DNA of 64,000 bases from Trypethelium eluteriae (Eukaryota): positions 1-64,000 of the forward strand of contig JAVECL010000031.1 in NCBI GenBank assembly GCA_051942245.1, in the 5' to 3' direction. Shown here one piece after another: positions 60,560 to 64,000 of the stretch (the first letter of the stretch is position 1; each line of letters begins with the position of its first letter). Position numbers and translations under genes: made by a program. The notes beneath the pieces are model-generated. The model worked only from the letters and a program-made list of their open reading frames with translations. It had not been told where the DNA came from and did no database searches.

Positions 60560-63500
60560 ATGCCAAAGGACAAATCAGATGCAAAGTCGGACGGAAGGTG
60601 GCAGGATGGCACATGGAAGCCAGTCGTGGATCAATTTGGGATCTGGTCCAATTCGAGATTGGCATCACACGCAATAAAGGCTTTGTCCGCGGAAAAGAAT
60701 CCTATCACAGGTTCGGAATCTCAATCTCAGCTTGCGAAAACTGCTACGGCGATGTTGAGGAATGGCATGGCCATACCTCCGCTTCCACCGAGCGACTTCG
60801 ACACAGCGTTAGACAACTTGACGAGGTTACACGATTTTGAGAGATGGCCGTCTGAATTCACGAAGCTGCGGGACACCTTCGAGGTCTGGAAGAAGCAAGG
60901 TATTGATGTTCAAGACCAGATTAGCTCGCTGCACGCTCTCATTTTCAGCGAAACTGGACACGCTGCACTGGAATTTGCAAAGCATTATCATGCTCTGCTT
61001 GTTTCTGCCGGTGTGCTTACTTCCAACGAGTATCTGATTCGCGCTGATGGTACCAACGATCGAGCTTTGAATCAGATGCAAGGTCGCGGCATGTACATAC
61101 TTCGCAACGCGGAGAAGATGTCCCACGAAGGCATGGTGGAACTGAGCTCGAGAATGCGGGATAATATGGTCATGGTCGCCGGGTATGCTGATACCGAGAA
61201 GAAGTTACCCAAGGATCTCAAAGAACGCTTCTTCTTGAAATTCGATTTTCTTCAAGAGCTATCCAAGAATTCAGTTTCGATCATCATGGCCAGGCTTGAG
61301 TCTTGGTCAAAGGAGCACTTCAAGGAAACTATGACTCTGGAGGGGGGGTTCAAGGGTCCCTACGCCCGGACGTTTGCAGCCAGGATTGCCGAGAACGAAA
61401 AGAAAGTTAAGGGCACGATCGAGGAAAGGCTGAAGATTGAACTCAAAGACGTAACAGACAGACAGGTCCTTCGAATTGGAATAGCAGATGCTCGTGGAGC
61501 TGAAGCGGACCCTTTCAAGATCTCGAAAGAAGATCTACTGGGGGAGGAACCGGACATCGGCACGTATGAGACGGACGCTTGGCGCGAATTGCAGGGTATG
61601 ATCGGCCTGGAAGACGTAAAAGCATCCATGCGATCATTCATCAACGGTACATTGCTGGATTTTCATAGAGAGATTGACGGCTACAAACCACTTCGCCCGG
61701 GTTTGTGCAAGCTTTTCCTCGGGCCACCAGGAACGGGTAAGCTACTGTGTCTCATTCCTGGTATACGCCATTGTAAGCTATGATCGTGACTTACCTGACA
61801 ATGCAGGCAAAACGACCGTTGGCAAACTCTTCGGGAAAGTTCTTTGTGGACTGGGCATGCTATCGTCTGAGGACTTTGTCTTCAAGAATGCAACAGATTT
61901 TATTGGTAGCTTCATTGGCCACTCTGAAAAGCAGACAAAAGATATTATTAGAGGGGCTAAGGGCAAAGTTCTCATGATAGATGAAGCATACATGCTGGAT
62001 CCGCATCGGAACAAGTCTGCAGGAGGTCCTGATCCTTTTCGGCAAGCCGTTATTGATACGATCGTTGGAGAGGTCCAGAATTCTCCCGGAGAAGACCTTT
62101 GTGTAATCATGTGCGGCTATAAAGAGCCAATGGAGCGTATGCTTGAAAAAGCCAATCCGGGCCTAGCTCGCCGCTTTCCCCTGGCTGACGCTTTCATGTT
62201 CCAAGAGTACAGTCTCGAGCAGCTGGCACAGGTGCTTGACCTCAAATTACAAGCGGAGGGCTTGAAGATGACGGACGACGCAAAATCCGTCGCTCTGGAC
62301 ACGCTCAAGCTTGCCAAACAGCAAGCGAATTTTGGCAATGGTGGAGAAGTCATGAACCTTCTCGGTCGCGCGATGGCACGCTACCGGACTCGTTTCGGCG
62401 AGATGACCCCTGAGGAGAGGACAGGAATAGTCTGTTTCCAGCCAGTAGACATCGATCCAAAACAGCAGCACAATCCCGACATAGAGAAAGCCATCGAGGA
62501 ATGGTTCAAGGAGCTGAATGAGGTCACGGATTCCAAGACCCGCTTCCAATCGCTTGCGCGCCGTGCCGCTGCTATTCGAAAGACTGGCCGAGATCCGGCA
62601 TCATCAATGCCATTTCATTTCATGATTAAAGAGACCCAGGGCGCTGATCCAGTGAAGATAGCCAAGAAGATCGCTTGGCTCTACCTTTCGCTCAATTTGC
62701 TTTTTACCAACGATGTTGTGGAAGTATCGGCGCAGGATATGATTGCCAGTCATCTCAGCAGATCTGTAGGAGTCGGAAGCAGTGACTTCTTCGGTGTAGA
62801 GAGAGAGATGGCATCGTTGAGTCCGTCCGAGATCATCGCAGCGTCTCTCGGAAAGGTTCTGCTCATTCACAACGCCCACTATCTCGCCCAGTCCGGGGAT
62901 GATCAGGCCAGCATCTTCGCCAGGAATTTCAGAGCCGAACTTATCGATTCAGCAACCAAGCCTCAATTCGCTTGTAAGGTAGTCATTGTACTTGCAGGGG
63001 ATGAAAGAACGATGGATCGCATGCTCCAAGCAAGTCCTGGGCTTGCGAGCCGGTTTCGAACTCACCTGCGAGTTCAAGGCCTCTCAAGTGAAGCTCATAT
63101 TTCGATGCTCAAGAGCCGCTTAGAAAAGGAAGGCATATCTGTCGCATTGGCAGAAGATGACGAATCGAATATCAAGATCGCGTTCCAAGTGTTGTCCAGG
63201 TCCAAGGAATGGAAAAGCAGCGAGGAAGTACGACTCATTGCTGAGGAACTTGTTGGTGATGCCATAGAAACTAGTGCAGAAACCGATGCACCCTCCCTTG
63301 ACGGATCCGAGATACTCAAATGCCTAAAAAGAAGATTCCCCGGTCAACTACGAAATCCTCCTCCGCGCAAACAGCCACCGGAAGCAACGGCGCCTCTTCC
63401 TAGCCGTATCGAAGACAGTGAACGGCTATTCCGAACACAGACTGTCACTCCAGCGCAAACTTGCGGCAGCATGAAACTAAAGAAATCCATACCTGACAAA

Positions 63501-64000
63501 TTTCAGTACCCTAAGTTGCCGGAAGGCCGCTACATACGCATCCTCAGTCTACTGCCGCCTGAGACCCAGGGTCACAGTGAGGATCCTGATAATCCCAAAA
63601 ACCCTAATGTTACCAAAAGCGTTACCAGCTATGAGAAACGCGACGATGTGATCAAGTGTGGCCTTGAGGAACTCCGACTGGGAAACCTGCCTGATCAGCG
63701 ACGGCCCTTCGATGCGATCTCCTACACTTGGGGAACAGAAGACAAGACAGAAATGATCGAATGCAACGGCAAGGCAATCTGGGTTACACCGAACTGCGCG
63801 GGCGCATTGCGCGCCTTGCGTCAACCAGGACGGCCGCGTAAGCTGTGGATTGACGCGATTTGTATTAACCAGGACTCGGACACGGAGCGAGACTCCCAGG
63901 TCTCCCAAATGGGAGACATATATAGGGCCGCGATGCAGGTTTACATCTACCTTGGTGCAGCCTCTCCTGAAACTAATGCAGCGCTGGTTTCCCTGCAAAA
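60560..64000 (+). CDS. CbbX/SpoVK-type AAA+ ATPase repeat protein fused to a C-terminal HET domain (3' truncated by window)
   Basis: Exon 60560-61736, intron 61737-61806, then an open frame to the window end. Walker A GPPGT-GKT, Walker B VLMIDEAY, ANPGLARRFP. From ~63500, in the same frame: YIRILSLLPP..FDAISYTWG..LWIDAICINQD..ERDSQVSQMGDIYRAAMQVYIYLG. Confidence 0.87.

Noticed and set aside
1..64000. CRISPR arrays, tRNA or rRNA genes; numerous antisense ORFs in the track
   Set aside because: No repeat-spacer arrays or structural RNA signatures were recognised by eye. Antisense ORFs overlap well-supported genes and lack motifs.

Overview
Intron-containing genomic DNA from a filamentous ascomycete (species not determinable). 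Two complete-looking non-reducing polyketide gene clusters lie side by side, about 2 kb apart. Cluster 1 (~3.2-31.8 kb) has the gene set of a perylenequinone pathway of the elsinochrome/hypocrellin type (CTB/elc homologues): fasciclin, laccase, O-methyltransferase, AflR-type regulator, FAD monooxygenase, BBE-like oxidase, MFS pump, OMT-FMO fusion and NR-PKS. An RDR1-like transcription factor flanks it. Cluster 2 (~33.9-57.4 kb) resembles a prenylated phenalenone (atrovenetin/herqueinone, phn-type) pathway: DUF3237 protein, FAD monooxygenase, a catalytically degenerate OMT-fold protein, EthD protein, NR-PKS, Zn2Cys6 regulator and DMATS prenyltransferase. Each cluster has its own promoter motif readable in the DNA: TCGnTGAnCG in cluster 1 and CGG-N3-CCG-N4-CCG in cluster 2. 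Next come an intact Fot1/pogo transposon (52-bp perfect TIRs, TA TSD) carrying eight TCGTACGA palindromes, and a gene running off the window that fuses three CbbX-type AAA+ modules (only one intact) to a C-terminal HET domain. Gene models were spliced by eye. Orthology names come from motif and gene-content recognition, not database searches.
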